Assembly (NCBI GenBank): GCA_037139555.1 | Contig: JBAXGE010000002.1 | Location: 1 to 44,296, forward strand | Reading direction: 5' to 3' | Length of the DNA: 44,296 nucleotides | Source: Phycisphaerae bacterium | Lineage (GTDB): Bacteria > Planctomycetota > Phycisphaerae > WQYP01 | In this document: piece after piece, positions 27,970 to 35,825 of the stretch | Layout: every line of letters starts with the position of its first letter | Position numbering within the stretch: the first letter of the stretch is position 1 | Notes under the pieces: generated by a model | Told to the model about the DNA's origin: nothing | The model's database searches: none | Seen by the model: only the letters and a program-made list of their open reading frames with translations | Position numbers and translations under genes: made by a program

Positions 27970-28818
27970 TTATTCCGCCGGGATAATTTGCAGGGGCCGG
28001 GGGCGGAAATTCGCTGATTGGCCAAAGAAACGGGCCGGATTGTTGTAAAAGATGTCCAGCAGTGTGGGCAGGTGATAGCCCCGGCGCCGGGCTTCGTGCA
28101 ACGTGCGATGGGTATTGAAAGGGTCGGAAACCCCCCAATCCGCCGCCGCATTTACCATAAGTTGCTTGTGGCCATACATTTCCATAATGTCCACTGCCCG
28201 TTGGGGGGTACATTTGGAGATCGGGTAAATCGTCATACCCGCCCAATACCCTTCATCCAAGACCATCTTGGCGGTGTGCTCTTCGATATGGTCAATCAAG
28301 ATTCGGCCATGATCGAGTTGGCTGCCGAAATCGGCCAGCATGTCCATAATCCAACGGGTGCCCTTGAGCTTATCTTCCAGATGGGGCGTATGGATCAGAA
28401 TTAGATGATGACCACCCGGCAAGCCTTTGCCGTGGTCAATTGCCATCTGCACATGTTCCATAAAGACACTGGCTTCGTTGGGGGTGTTTTTGTTCAGCCC
28501 GATCTCGCCGATGCCCAGAACATTGGGACGGCATAAAAACTCCGACATACCCTCTAATACCGCTTTGGCTTTGCCCAAGTCCTGAGCTTCTTTAGGGTTA
28601 AGGCAAATCCACGAGTAATGCTGGATGCCGAATTGGGCGGCGCGTTTGGGTTCAAAATCGGTCAATTGCCGGTAGTAGTCAAAAAAGCCCTCCGGCGAAC
28701 GATCGAAACCCGCCCAAAACGCCGGTTCGCTGACCGCCACCACGCCGGAAAGCGCCAGACGTTCGTAATCGTCCGTTGTGCGGGAGACCATGTGAATATG
28801 GGGATCAATTATCATCAT
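27970..28818 (-). CDS. TatD-family metal-dependent hydrolase
   Basis: 282 aa. MMIIDPHIHM supplies the HxH metal ligands. GIGEIGLN, LILIHTPH and DHIEEH fit the TIM-barrel amidohydrolase/TatD pattern. Confidence 0.7.
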   Translation of the reverse strand: MMIIDPHIHMVSRTTDDYERLALSGVVAVSEPAFWAGFDRSPEGFFDYYRQLTDFEPKRAAQFGIQHYSWICLNPKEAQDLGKAKAVLEGMSEFLCRPNVLGIGEIGLNKNTPNEASVFMEHVQMAIDHGKGLPGGHHLILIHTPHLEDKLKGTRWIMDMLADFGSQLDHGRILIDHIEEHTAKMVLDEGYWAGMTIYPISKCTPQRAVDIMEMYGHKQLMVNAAADWGVSDPFNTHRTLHEARRRGYHLPTLLDIFYNNPARFFGQSANFRPRPLQIIPAE

Positions 28819-29099
28819 TGCGGTAGACTCGGTAGGGGGTACTGGGTATGAACGTCGCTCGCGGGCAACGAGTAACGCCGTAGGATGGCTTCGGCCCGAT
28901 TCGGGGCATCGGAGGCTAAAATGGCCAATGCGTCTTGAATAAACAGTAGCCGGGCATCACCGTTGAGTTTGCTGCGGTCTGCGGCCCGATCCAAGCGATC
29001 AAGGGTGGCGGCAATTTCGATGAGCTTGCAGCGTGTTTCCATGAAATACTGGTCGCAGATGTCACCCCCAGTCAGGTGGGATTGTGTTGGGATTGCCAT
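28815..29099 (-). CDS. Hypothetical protein (94 aa)
   Basis: GGAG lies 8 nt upstream of the ATG. The stop codon overlaps the TatD-like start in an ATGA arrangement. I recognise no family. Confidence 0.5.
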   Translation of the reverse strand: MAIPTQSHLTGGDICDQYFMETRCKLIEIAATLDRLDRAADRSKLNGDARLLFIQDALAILASDAPNRAEAILRRYSLPASDVHTQYPLPSLPQ

Positions 29100-29122
29100 A
29101 ATAATTACTCCAGTCTGAGCGC

Positions 29123-30250
29123 TTACCGTAAGTCAAGCAAACGTTTGACGATAACTTCCGCCGCATCGGGCCGGCCCATTTGTAACGCAGCGTGACGCAT
29201 CTTCACCATTCGCTGAGGGTTATCCAACAGTTGCTTGAGTTTAAACGTCAATACCTCGATCGCATTGCAGCGGATGGCGGCGCCGGACTCCAATAAATGG
29301 TCGCTGTTGCGTTCTTCCTGACCGGGGACGGGATTCATGACACACATGGGCAGGCCCCGGGCCATGGCTTCGGAGGTGGTGAGCCCGCCGGGCTTGGAAA
29401 TCAGAATATCGGCGGCGGCCATATATTCGTCCATTTCGGTGGTAAAGCCCACGGGGTGCAACCGAATCTTGCTCCGGGAATGTTGGTGGGCGATTTTATC
29501 AAGTTGGGCCTTAAGTTCGGTACTGCGGCCACAGATGGCCACGATCTGGGCGGGATGGTCCAGCGACATCAGTTCTTCGATGATCAAACCCACCGGGCCC
29601 ACGCCAAAGCCACCGGCGGAAACCATAATTGTAAAGACATCTTCTTTCAGACCAAGTTTCTGCCGGGTGAGGGCTTTGTCTTTGGTCTGGCGGAACACCG
29701 GGTCAACGGGGATGCCAGACACATAGATGCGCTGGGGGCGGATACCCATGCGGGACAGATAGACTTTCGCTTCCTCGTTCATGCAGAAGTAGTGTTCGTA
29801 TTGCGATACCAGCCACATGGCATGAACATCGAAGTCGGTGATGACGACCGAGGGTTTTACCGCCAGTCGTTTGCGCTCAACCAGATTGGCCAGCAGGAAC
29901 GCGGGGGTAAAGTGGGTGCAGGCAATGATCGTGGGCTCGTATTCCTCCACCTTGGTGAGAAACGGGCCCGCATTGAATTTTTCAAACGCCAGCCGTAGTC
30001 GCTGATTCTGCCAGGGTTTATCGGTGTGTTCGTAGAGGATGCCCAGCATGGTGGGGGCGCGATTGATCAGATCGAGATAGGTTTTGGAGTACAGGTGGCT
30101 GAATATCTTGGTGGTATATTTCAGCATGTCCCAGTGTTGGACATCGGTGACATTGCCTTGCCGGGCAAATTCTTTGACCAGCGCGTCGGCGGCGCGTACA
30201 TGGCCCGCGCCTGCGGACGCGGATAATACGAGAATGCGATGGGCCGCCAT
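29123..30250 (-). CDS. MGDG-synthase-family (GT28) glycosyltransferase, UgtP-like diacylglycerol glycosyltransferase
   Basis: The N-terminus ILVLSASAGAGHVRAADAL and the C-terminal KPGGLTTSEAMARGLPM are the MGDG_synth plus Glyco_tran_28_C pattern. An AGGAAGGA Shine-Dalgarno is present. Confidence 0.8.
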   Translation of the reverse strand: MAAHRILVLSASAGAGHVRAADALVKEFARQGNVTDVQHWDMLKYTTKIFSHLYSKTYLDLINRAPTMLGILYEHTDKPWQNQRLRLAFEKFNAGPFLTKVEEYEPTIIACTHFTPAFLLANLVERKRLAVKPSVVITDFDVHAMWLVSQYEHYFCMNEEAKVYLSRMGIRPQRIYVSGIPVDPVFRQTKDKALTRQKLGLKEDVFTIMVSAGGFGVGPVGLIIEELMSLDHPAQIVAICGRSTELKAQLDKIAHQHSRSKIRLHPVGFTTEMDEYMAAADILISKPGGLTTSEAMARGLPMCVMNPVPGQEERNSDHLLESGAAIRCNAIEVLTFKLKQLLDNPQRMVKMRHAALQMGRPDAAEVIVKRLLDLR

Positions 30251-30332
30251 GGGTGTTCCTTCCTGTCATCATGTGGTCATAACAATATGCTGGGTGAATC
30301 ATACCGCGCTGTGGGCCGGGCACCAAATTGGG

Positions 30333-30361
30333 TTGTCACCGGGGTGCGGTGGCACTATGCT
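30333..30361 (+). promoter_or_regulatory. Candidate sigma-70 promoter for the deacetylase-zincin-SRAP operon
   Basis: TTGTCA, a 17-nt spacer, then TATGCT. It ends 23 nt upstream of the ATG at 30384. Confidence 0.35.
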
Positions 30362-30383
30362 AGTTGCACGCTATAGGAGTAAA

Positions 30384-31235
30384 ATGATGCCCATTACACG
30401 GATTGAAATCCCGTATTTCCCGGGGGACAAACGGATTGCGTTGACCACCTCATGGGATGATGGGACGGTGCATGACCGGCGGCTGATTGCGTATTTCAAT
30501 CAGATCGGCTTGAAAGGCACCTTTAACCTGAATTCCACATTCTTGCGCCGTCTGCCCACCGATCCACCCCGGCATCTGGAACGCAGTGAAGTAGCCGAAT
30601 TAATGCAAGGTCATGAGGTGGCCATCCACACCTTGGACCACCCGCATCTACCACTCATCGACGCCAGCCAGATCGCCCAGCAAGTACTGCAGGACCGGAT
30701 CGAACTGGAAGAAATTGTCGGATATCCGGTGCGGGGAATGGCCTATCCCTTTGGCACCTACAATCCGCGGGTCATCGAACTGCTGCGTGGTCTGGGCATC
30801 GTTTACAGCCGCACCACGGAAACAACTGCCAATCCCTGGCCCGCGGCCGAACCTTTGGCATGGGCGGCTACAGGGCACATGTTCGCTGAAAAAGACGGTT
30901 TACCTATGGGCCAATATTTTGAGAAGTGGTATCAAAATCCACGTTCGCGGGGGCTATTTTTCCTCTGGGGCCATTCCTACGAGTTTGACCAGAATGATCG
31001 TTGGGGAAAAATGGCCGAGATTATTGGCCCCATGGCAGGCAAACCAGATGTGTGGTACTGCACCAATATGGCCTTGTTCGATTACGAAGACGCACGCCAA
31101 CGTTTGATCCTGGCCGCGAACCGGCGTACGGCCTATAACCCCAGTGCGTTGCCGGTGACCATTAAAATCAACGGCACCAAACTGGTGGATATCCCCGCTG
31201 GCACTTTGGTTGACTTGGAGCCTTATGCAACTTAA
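30384..31235 (+). CDS. Polysaccharide deacetylase (CE4 family)
   Basis: The internal start MMPITRIE is preceded by AGGAG. Motifs include LTTSWDDG, HTLDHPHL and RGMAYPFG. The track 5' extension (30084-30383) overlaps the divergent GT28 gene. Confidence 0.8.
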   Translation: MMPITRIEIPYFPGDKRIALTTSWDDGTVHDRRLIAYFNQIGLKGTFNLNSTFLRRLPTDPPRHLERSEVAELMQGHEVAIHTLDHPHLPLIDASQIAQQVLQDRIELEEIVGYPVRGMAYPFGTYNPRVIELLRGLGIVYSRTTETTANPWPAAEPLAWAATGHMFAEKDGLPMGQYFEKWYQNPRSRGLFFLWGHSYEFDQNDRWGKMAEIIGPMAGKPDVWYCTNMALFDYEDARQRLILAANRRTAYNPSALPVTIKINGTKLVDIPAGTLVDLEPYAT

Positions 31236-31581
31236 GAGCGCGGAATTTGATACGCTGGTCCAAGCACAAATGGCCCGCCTGCCGGCCCCCTTTGCGGTGT
31301 GGCTGGAACGTGTGCCGGTGATTATCGAGGAGTATCCCAATCCGGCGGACGTGGGTGACGACGATGAAGTATTGGGATTATTTGTGGGCACAGCGCTGGA
31401 TGATCCCGAAGGGGCCGACCTGGCCCAGCCTCCGGCGATCTATCTCTATCGCCAACCCCTGCTGGACAGTTGTGCGGATCGGGCGGAATTGGAAGCGGAA
31501 ATCTTTATTACTTTGTGCCACGAATTGGGGCATTATGCGGGTATGGATGAAGATGACTTGAAACAATTAGGATATGACTGA
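31225..31581 (+). CDS. Small zincin-like metallopeptidase (DUF1025 / Zincin_1-like)
   Basis: 118 aa. HELGH sits near the C-terminus (ITLCHELGHYAGMDEDDL). LGLFVG...PPAIYLYRQPL is family-typical. It overlaps the deacetylase gene by 11 nt. Confidence 0.7.
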   Translation: MQLKSAEFDTLVQAQMARLPAPFAVWLERVPVIIEEYPNPADVGDDDEVLGLFVGTALDDPEGADLAQPPAIYLYRQPLLDSCADRAELEAEIFITLCHELGHYAGMDEDDLKQLGYD

Positions 31582-31583
31582 CG

Positions 31584-32282
31584 ATGTGCGGACGGTTCAT
31601 CCAACTTGGTATGCAGGGCCTGACCAGTGATTATCCCGATCTGGAATTGGCGGACATATTACCGCCCCGGCCTCGGTACAACATCGCTCCCGGCACCAAA
31701 GTAGCCGCGTTGGTGAATCAGGCGGGGCATCCCAAACTGGCGTCTTTGCATTGGGGGATGGTGCCCCGCTGGGCCAAAGAGGAATCCGCCAGCATATTTT
31801 TGGCCAACGCCCGCAGTGAATCCCTGACGACCAAACCGGCGTTCCGCCACCTCGTGGAGCACGGTCGTTGTTTGATTCCCTGTCAGGGTTTTTATGAGTG
31901 GCGCAGAGATGATAATGGGCGGACCAAAACGCCCTATTTCATCCAGCACCGCCGGGGTGAAATGCTCTATCTGGCAGGTTTGTGGGATACCTGGTCCACG
32001 CCCGGTGGCGAAACGCTGCACAGTTGTACCATTATCACGTGTCCGCCGAATCAACTTATGCAGGATATTCACCATCGGATGCCGGTGTTGTTGCCTGTAC
32101 TCCATGGCCGGATGTGGTTGGATGAACGCTATCCTTGCCGGCTGGTATCGCCGTTTATGCAACCTTTCCCCAATGGTGCGTTGGCGGCCCATCCGGTGTC
32201 ACATCGGGTAAACTCGCCCCAAAATGACGACGAAAGTTTAATTGTTCCGGTAACACCCCCGGCCTCTTTGTTCGATTTGTAA
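31584..32282 (+). CDS. yedK: SOS-response-associated peptidase (SRAP / YedK / HMCES family)
   Basis: MCGRF supplies the catalytic Cys2. Also present are YNIAPG, ANARSES, RCLIPCQGFYEW and HHRMPVLL. The ATG lies 2 nt after the upstream stop codon. Confidence 0.9.
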   Translation: MCGRFIQLGMQGLTSDYPDLELADILPPRPRYNIAPGTKVAALVNQAGHPKLASLHWGMVPRWAKEESASIFLANARSESLTTKPAFRHLVEHGRCLIPCQGFYEWRRDDNGRTKTPYFIQHRRGEMLYLAGLWDTWSTPGGETLHSCTIITCPPNQLMQDIHHRMPVLLPVLHGRMWLDERYPCRLVSPFMQPFPNGALAAHPVSHRVNSPQNDDESLIVPVTPPASLFDL

Positions 32283-32340
32283 TTGGTGGTTAGTGCCCGG
32301 ATAACTCCGCGGTACTTTTATTACTCGTTAAGGAATATTC

Positions 32341-34401
32341 ATGACCCTTTCCCGTTTTCCTCCCATCATTCCCGGCGCTGATCACCTTTTACATGGTGGG
32401 GACTATAACCCGGAGCAATGGCTGCACCAGCCTGAGATAATTACCGAGGATTTCCGGCTGTTCCCGCTGGCGGGATGCAACACCTTTTCGGTGGGGATAT
32501 TTTCCTGGGTGAGTATGGAGCCGCAGGAGGGGGTGTTCACCTTTGACTGGCTGGATGCCATCATGGAGCGTATGGCTCAGGCCGGGCACCGGGTCTTTCT
32601 GGCCACCCCCAGCGCCTCCCGGCCGCGCTGGCTAAGGCAGAAGTATCCCCAGACGACCCGGGTGGATGAAGCGGGCAATACCTACCCGCACTATTCCCGG
32701 GCCGACCAATGCTGGACCGCACCGGAACTGCACGCCCGAGTTAAAATCATCAACCAGGCGCTGGCGCAGCGCTACGTCCAACATCCCGCCATGGGGGGAT
32801 GGCACATCTCCAATGAATATTATGGCACCTGTTATTGCGCGGCGTGTGTGCAGTCGTTCCAGCAGTGGCTGGAACAACGCTATGGCAACCTGTCCGCCCT
32901 GAACCAAGCCATGAATAGTGCGTTCTGGGGGCAGACCTGGCAACATTGGAACGAGGTTACCCCCCGGATCCTCGCCTGTGACGGCCTGCGGTTGGAATGG
33001 CAACGGTTTAATTCCGTGCAGATCGCCGACATGCTGCAATTTGAAATCGCCACGGTTCGGCCCTATCGCCCGGATTTACCCATCACCACCAACTTTATGA
33101 GTGACTTTGAACAGGTCAATTTCTCCGTGTCCGCACCTTATGTGGACTTTGTCAGCAACGACAGTTATCCCAATTACGATGATCACGATAACCATGCCCA
33201 GCAGGCCGCCAAAGTGGCCTTTATCCATGACTACATGCGGGCCTTGCGGCAGCGCCCCTGGGTGTTGATGGAGTCGTGTCCGTCCATGGTTAATTGGCAG
33301 AGTTATGCCAAACCCAAACGGCCCGGACTGCATATCTTTGAGATGATGCACGCGGTGGCCCACGGCGCGGATGGCACCCTGTATTTCCAGTGGCGCAAGG
33401 GTGCCAATGGTGGGGAAAAACACCATGGCGCGGTGGTGGATCATGTGGGAACGGAAAACACCCGGGTCTTCCGCGAGGTCGCCCAATGGGGCAATATCCT
33501 CCGGCAGATTGCCCCCGTGCGGGGCAGCCTGAATCAGGCCGATGTGGCCGTGGTTTATGATCCGGAATGTCGCTGGGCGTTACACGGCGGTCCCGGAAAG
33601 ATTGATGCCAAAGATTCCAAGGGATATATGGACACCCTACAGGCCCACTACCGCGCCCTCTGGAAACAACAGGTTACGATTGATGTGATTGCGCCGACCG
33701 CAGACCTGTCGGGATATAAACTCGTGGTCTTGCCCATGATGTATCTGGTGAGTGAGGATTTTGGCGCCCGCTTAGACCGCTTTGTGGCTGACGGTGGGGT
33801 GGCCGTTACGACGTATTACACCGGCTGGCAGGACTTGTCGGGCCGGGCGCATCTCGGTGGGTGGCCTGGGGCGGGTTTACGCAAGGTGTTTGGCGTCTGG
33901 GCGGAAGAGACCGACCATCTGATGCCCACCGATACCCAAAGTATCCACTGGCAGCATCCGCTGCCTCTGAGGCTGGAACATGCGGCCGTCAAGGATTATG
34001 CCGATGTGCTGCATCTATGCGGTGCCCAGGTTGCGGCCTCGTACCAACACCAGTATTACACCCAGCAACCGGCAGTAACAGTCAACCAATACGGGCAGGG
34101 CCAGGCCTGGTATTTGGGTTGCCGTCTGGGCGATGATTTCCATGACGCTTTTTACCAAAACCTGTTATCGCAGTTACAGATTAAACCCTGGTTCGGCCAG
34201 TTACAACCCGCTGGGATCACCGTGCAATGTCGGCACGCGGAGGGTAGGGATTACTATTTCGTCTTGAATCTCCAGCGTACCGCCAATACGGCTAAACTCG
34301 GCACCGGCGTATATACCGATCTGGTGACCGGCGCCCAGGTGACGCAGACGTTGGAATTGGGCGGTTATGGTGTCGCCGTGCTGACCTGCGACCAAGGGTG
34401 A
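32341..34401 (+). CDS. GH42 beta-galactosidase
   Basis: 686 aa. HGGDYNPEQW, WHISNEYY and CYCAACV (the Zn Cys cluster) are present, with a trimerisation and C-terminal domain pattern. No signal peptide is present. AAGGAA Shine-Dalgarno. Confidence 0.9.
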   Translation: MTLSRFPPIIPGADHLLHGGDYNPEQWLHQPEIITEDFRLFPLAGCNTFSVGIFSWVSMEPQEGVFTFDWLDAIMERMAQAGHRVFLATPSASRPRWLRQKYPQTTRVDEAGNTYPHYSRADQCWTAPELHARVKIINQALAQRYVQHPAMGGWHISNEYYGTCYCAACVQSFQQWLEQRYGNLSALNQAMNSAFWGQTWQHWNEVTPRILACDGLRLEWQRFNSVQIADMLQFEIATVRPYRPDLPITTNFMSDFEQVNFSVSAPYVDFVSNDSYPNYDDHDNHAQQAAKVAFIHDYMRALRQRPWVLMESCPSMVNWQSYAKPKRPGLHIFEMMHAVAHGADGTLYFQWRKGANGGEKHHGAVVDHVGTENTRVFREVAQWGNILRQIAPVRGSLNQADVAVVYDPECRWALHGGPGKIDAKDSKGYMDTLQAHYRALWKQQVTIDVIAPTADLSGYKLVVLPMMYLVSEDFGARLDRFVADGGVAVTTYYTGWQDLSGRAHLGGWPGAGLRKVFGVWAEETDHLMPTDTQSIHWQHPLPLRLEHAAVKDYADVLHLCGAQVAASYQHQYYTQQPAVTVNQYGQGQAWYLGCRLGDDFHDAFYQNLLSQLQIKPWFGQLQPAGITVQCRHAEGRDYYFVLNLQRTANTAKLGTGVYTDLVTGAQVTQTLELGGYGVAVLTCDQG

Positions 34402-34405
34402 TATT

Positions 34406-35812
34406 TTAGCCCACCCACATGCCCATACCGTACATGAGACTGAGCAGCGCAAAGCTAACGGCCGAGAACCCCAGCAGCAATCCGCCCAGCAAGGGTCGGC
34501 GCGTGGCGATGAGCGCCATGAGCATCAGCAGTGGAACATTGGCGGACATAAACCTGCCAAAGCTCATCCATTGGTGACTCATCGGCGGCATTCCGCCCAC
34601 GCCGTGGGTCACATAGGGCAGACCCCAGAAAATCCACGCCGCTAGATTAAATTCCCACGGCAGCCAGCGCCAGCCCCAGATAACCAGCACGATTGGGGGC
34701 AGCAGCAGCCAGACCGCCTCATTCACCCGCGGCCAGTTCCAAGGCCGGACCTGCAACCAATGGGTCAGGTTCTCGATAATGTGCCAGGGATTCGTGGCGT
34801 ATGACAACGTTGCAGCGTTGATGCCAGTGCTCCAGAATTTCTGCCCTTTGGTAAAAGCCAGCGGGTCGCCAAAGGTATGCTGCAGATACCACATATAGGC
34901 CAACAAGCCCAGACTGCTGATCACGCCCAATATTCCAGCCACCACGATCCGACGGGTAAACCGGACATCGGTTTCCCGCATCAGATACGAAAGGGCCAGA
35001 ATCGGGCCAAAGAATACACCCTGCGATCGGGTTGCCGCTGCGATGGCCGCAATTATGGCAGCCAGCCACCATTGCTGTTTGAGCAAGGTCAATAAAAAGC
35101 CGGCCAGCAGCAAGACAAAAAGACTTTCGGTGAAGTTGCCATAGAAAAATACGGCCGTGGATCCGAAGACCATAAACGCGGTGGCCCACATGCCATAGGT
35201 AACTGCTTGTTTCGCCAAGGTCATTTCCTGCGTGGCCAGTGCCGGGGCCCGCATGGTCCAGTGCCAACCGAGACAAAACATCACCCCGGCAGCCAGCACA
35301 ATACAAATCCGCGAAATGATGCTTAAAGCCTCGTGTACCTGCCAGCCCGTATATTTCGCTGTGACCCACCCGAGCACGGGATAGAGCGGATACCAGACCA
35401 CATTTTTAAGCCGCATCTCGCCGGTGGCGGGGTCCGGGGTGAGGGAATTGTCGGAGCCATCCCACACGTAGCCAAAGCGGGCGATTTCCTCGTAACGCCA
35501 GCCGTCCCAATTGGTGAATTCGCGCCCGGGCTCAAGGTACCCTCCCAAGCGGCGACCTTCGATCTCCTTGATGCGTTCCGCCGTTTCCCGCAACTGGGTG
35601 TCATCACGCGCCGTTTTGGCTGTATTCATATCATTCTGGGCTTGCAACAGGTCAATCTGCCACGCTTGTAAAACGGCACTGCGGCGGAGTTGTCCGCCGT
35701 ATTGCACGCACCAGCAGGCCAGCGCGATGGCGAGTAGTGCCATACCCATCGCACAGAGCATGCTGAACTTGGGTACAGTGATATTTTGCCATAGGAAATT
35801 CTGCTTGGTCAT
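34406..35812 (-). CDS. Polytopic membrane glycosyltransferase, PIG-V-like mannosyltransferase family
   Basis: 468 aa with more than 8 hydrophobic segments. WDGWRYEEIARFGYVWD matches the PIG-V / GT-C style periplasmic-loop motif. AAGGAA Shine-Dalgarno. Confidence 0.5.
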   Translation of the reverse strand: MTKQNFLWQNITVPKFSMLCAMGMALLAIALACWCVQYGGQLRRSAVLQAWQIDLLQAQNDMNTAKTARDDTQLRETAERIKEIEGRRLGGYLEPGREFTNWDGWRYEEIARFGYVWDGSDNSLTPDPATGEMRLKNVVWYPLYPVLGWVTAKYTGWQVHEALSIISRICIVLAAGVMFCLGWHWTMRAPALATQEMTLAKQAVTYGMWATAFMVFGSTAVFFYGNFTESLFVLLLAGFLLTLLKQQWWLAAIIAAIAAATRSQGVFFGPILALSYLMRETDVRFTRRIVVAGILGVISSLGLLAYMWYLQHTFGDPLAFTKGQKFWSTGINAATLSYATNPWHIIENLTHWLQVRPWNWPRVNEAVWLLLPPIVLVIWGWRWLPWEFNLAAWIFWGLPYVTHGVGGMPPMSHQWMSFGRFMSANVPLLMLMALIATRRPLLGGLLLGFSAVSFALLSLMYGMGMWVG

Positions 35813-35825
35813 AAAATCGGTTCCT

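Noticed and set aside
34719-35369. A 216-aa same-strand alternative-frame ORF inside the membrane glycosyltransferase gene
   Set aside because: It is fully nested in a longer ORF that has a coherent TM pattern and a family motif. It has no independent start signals. This is probably a frame artefact.
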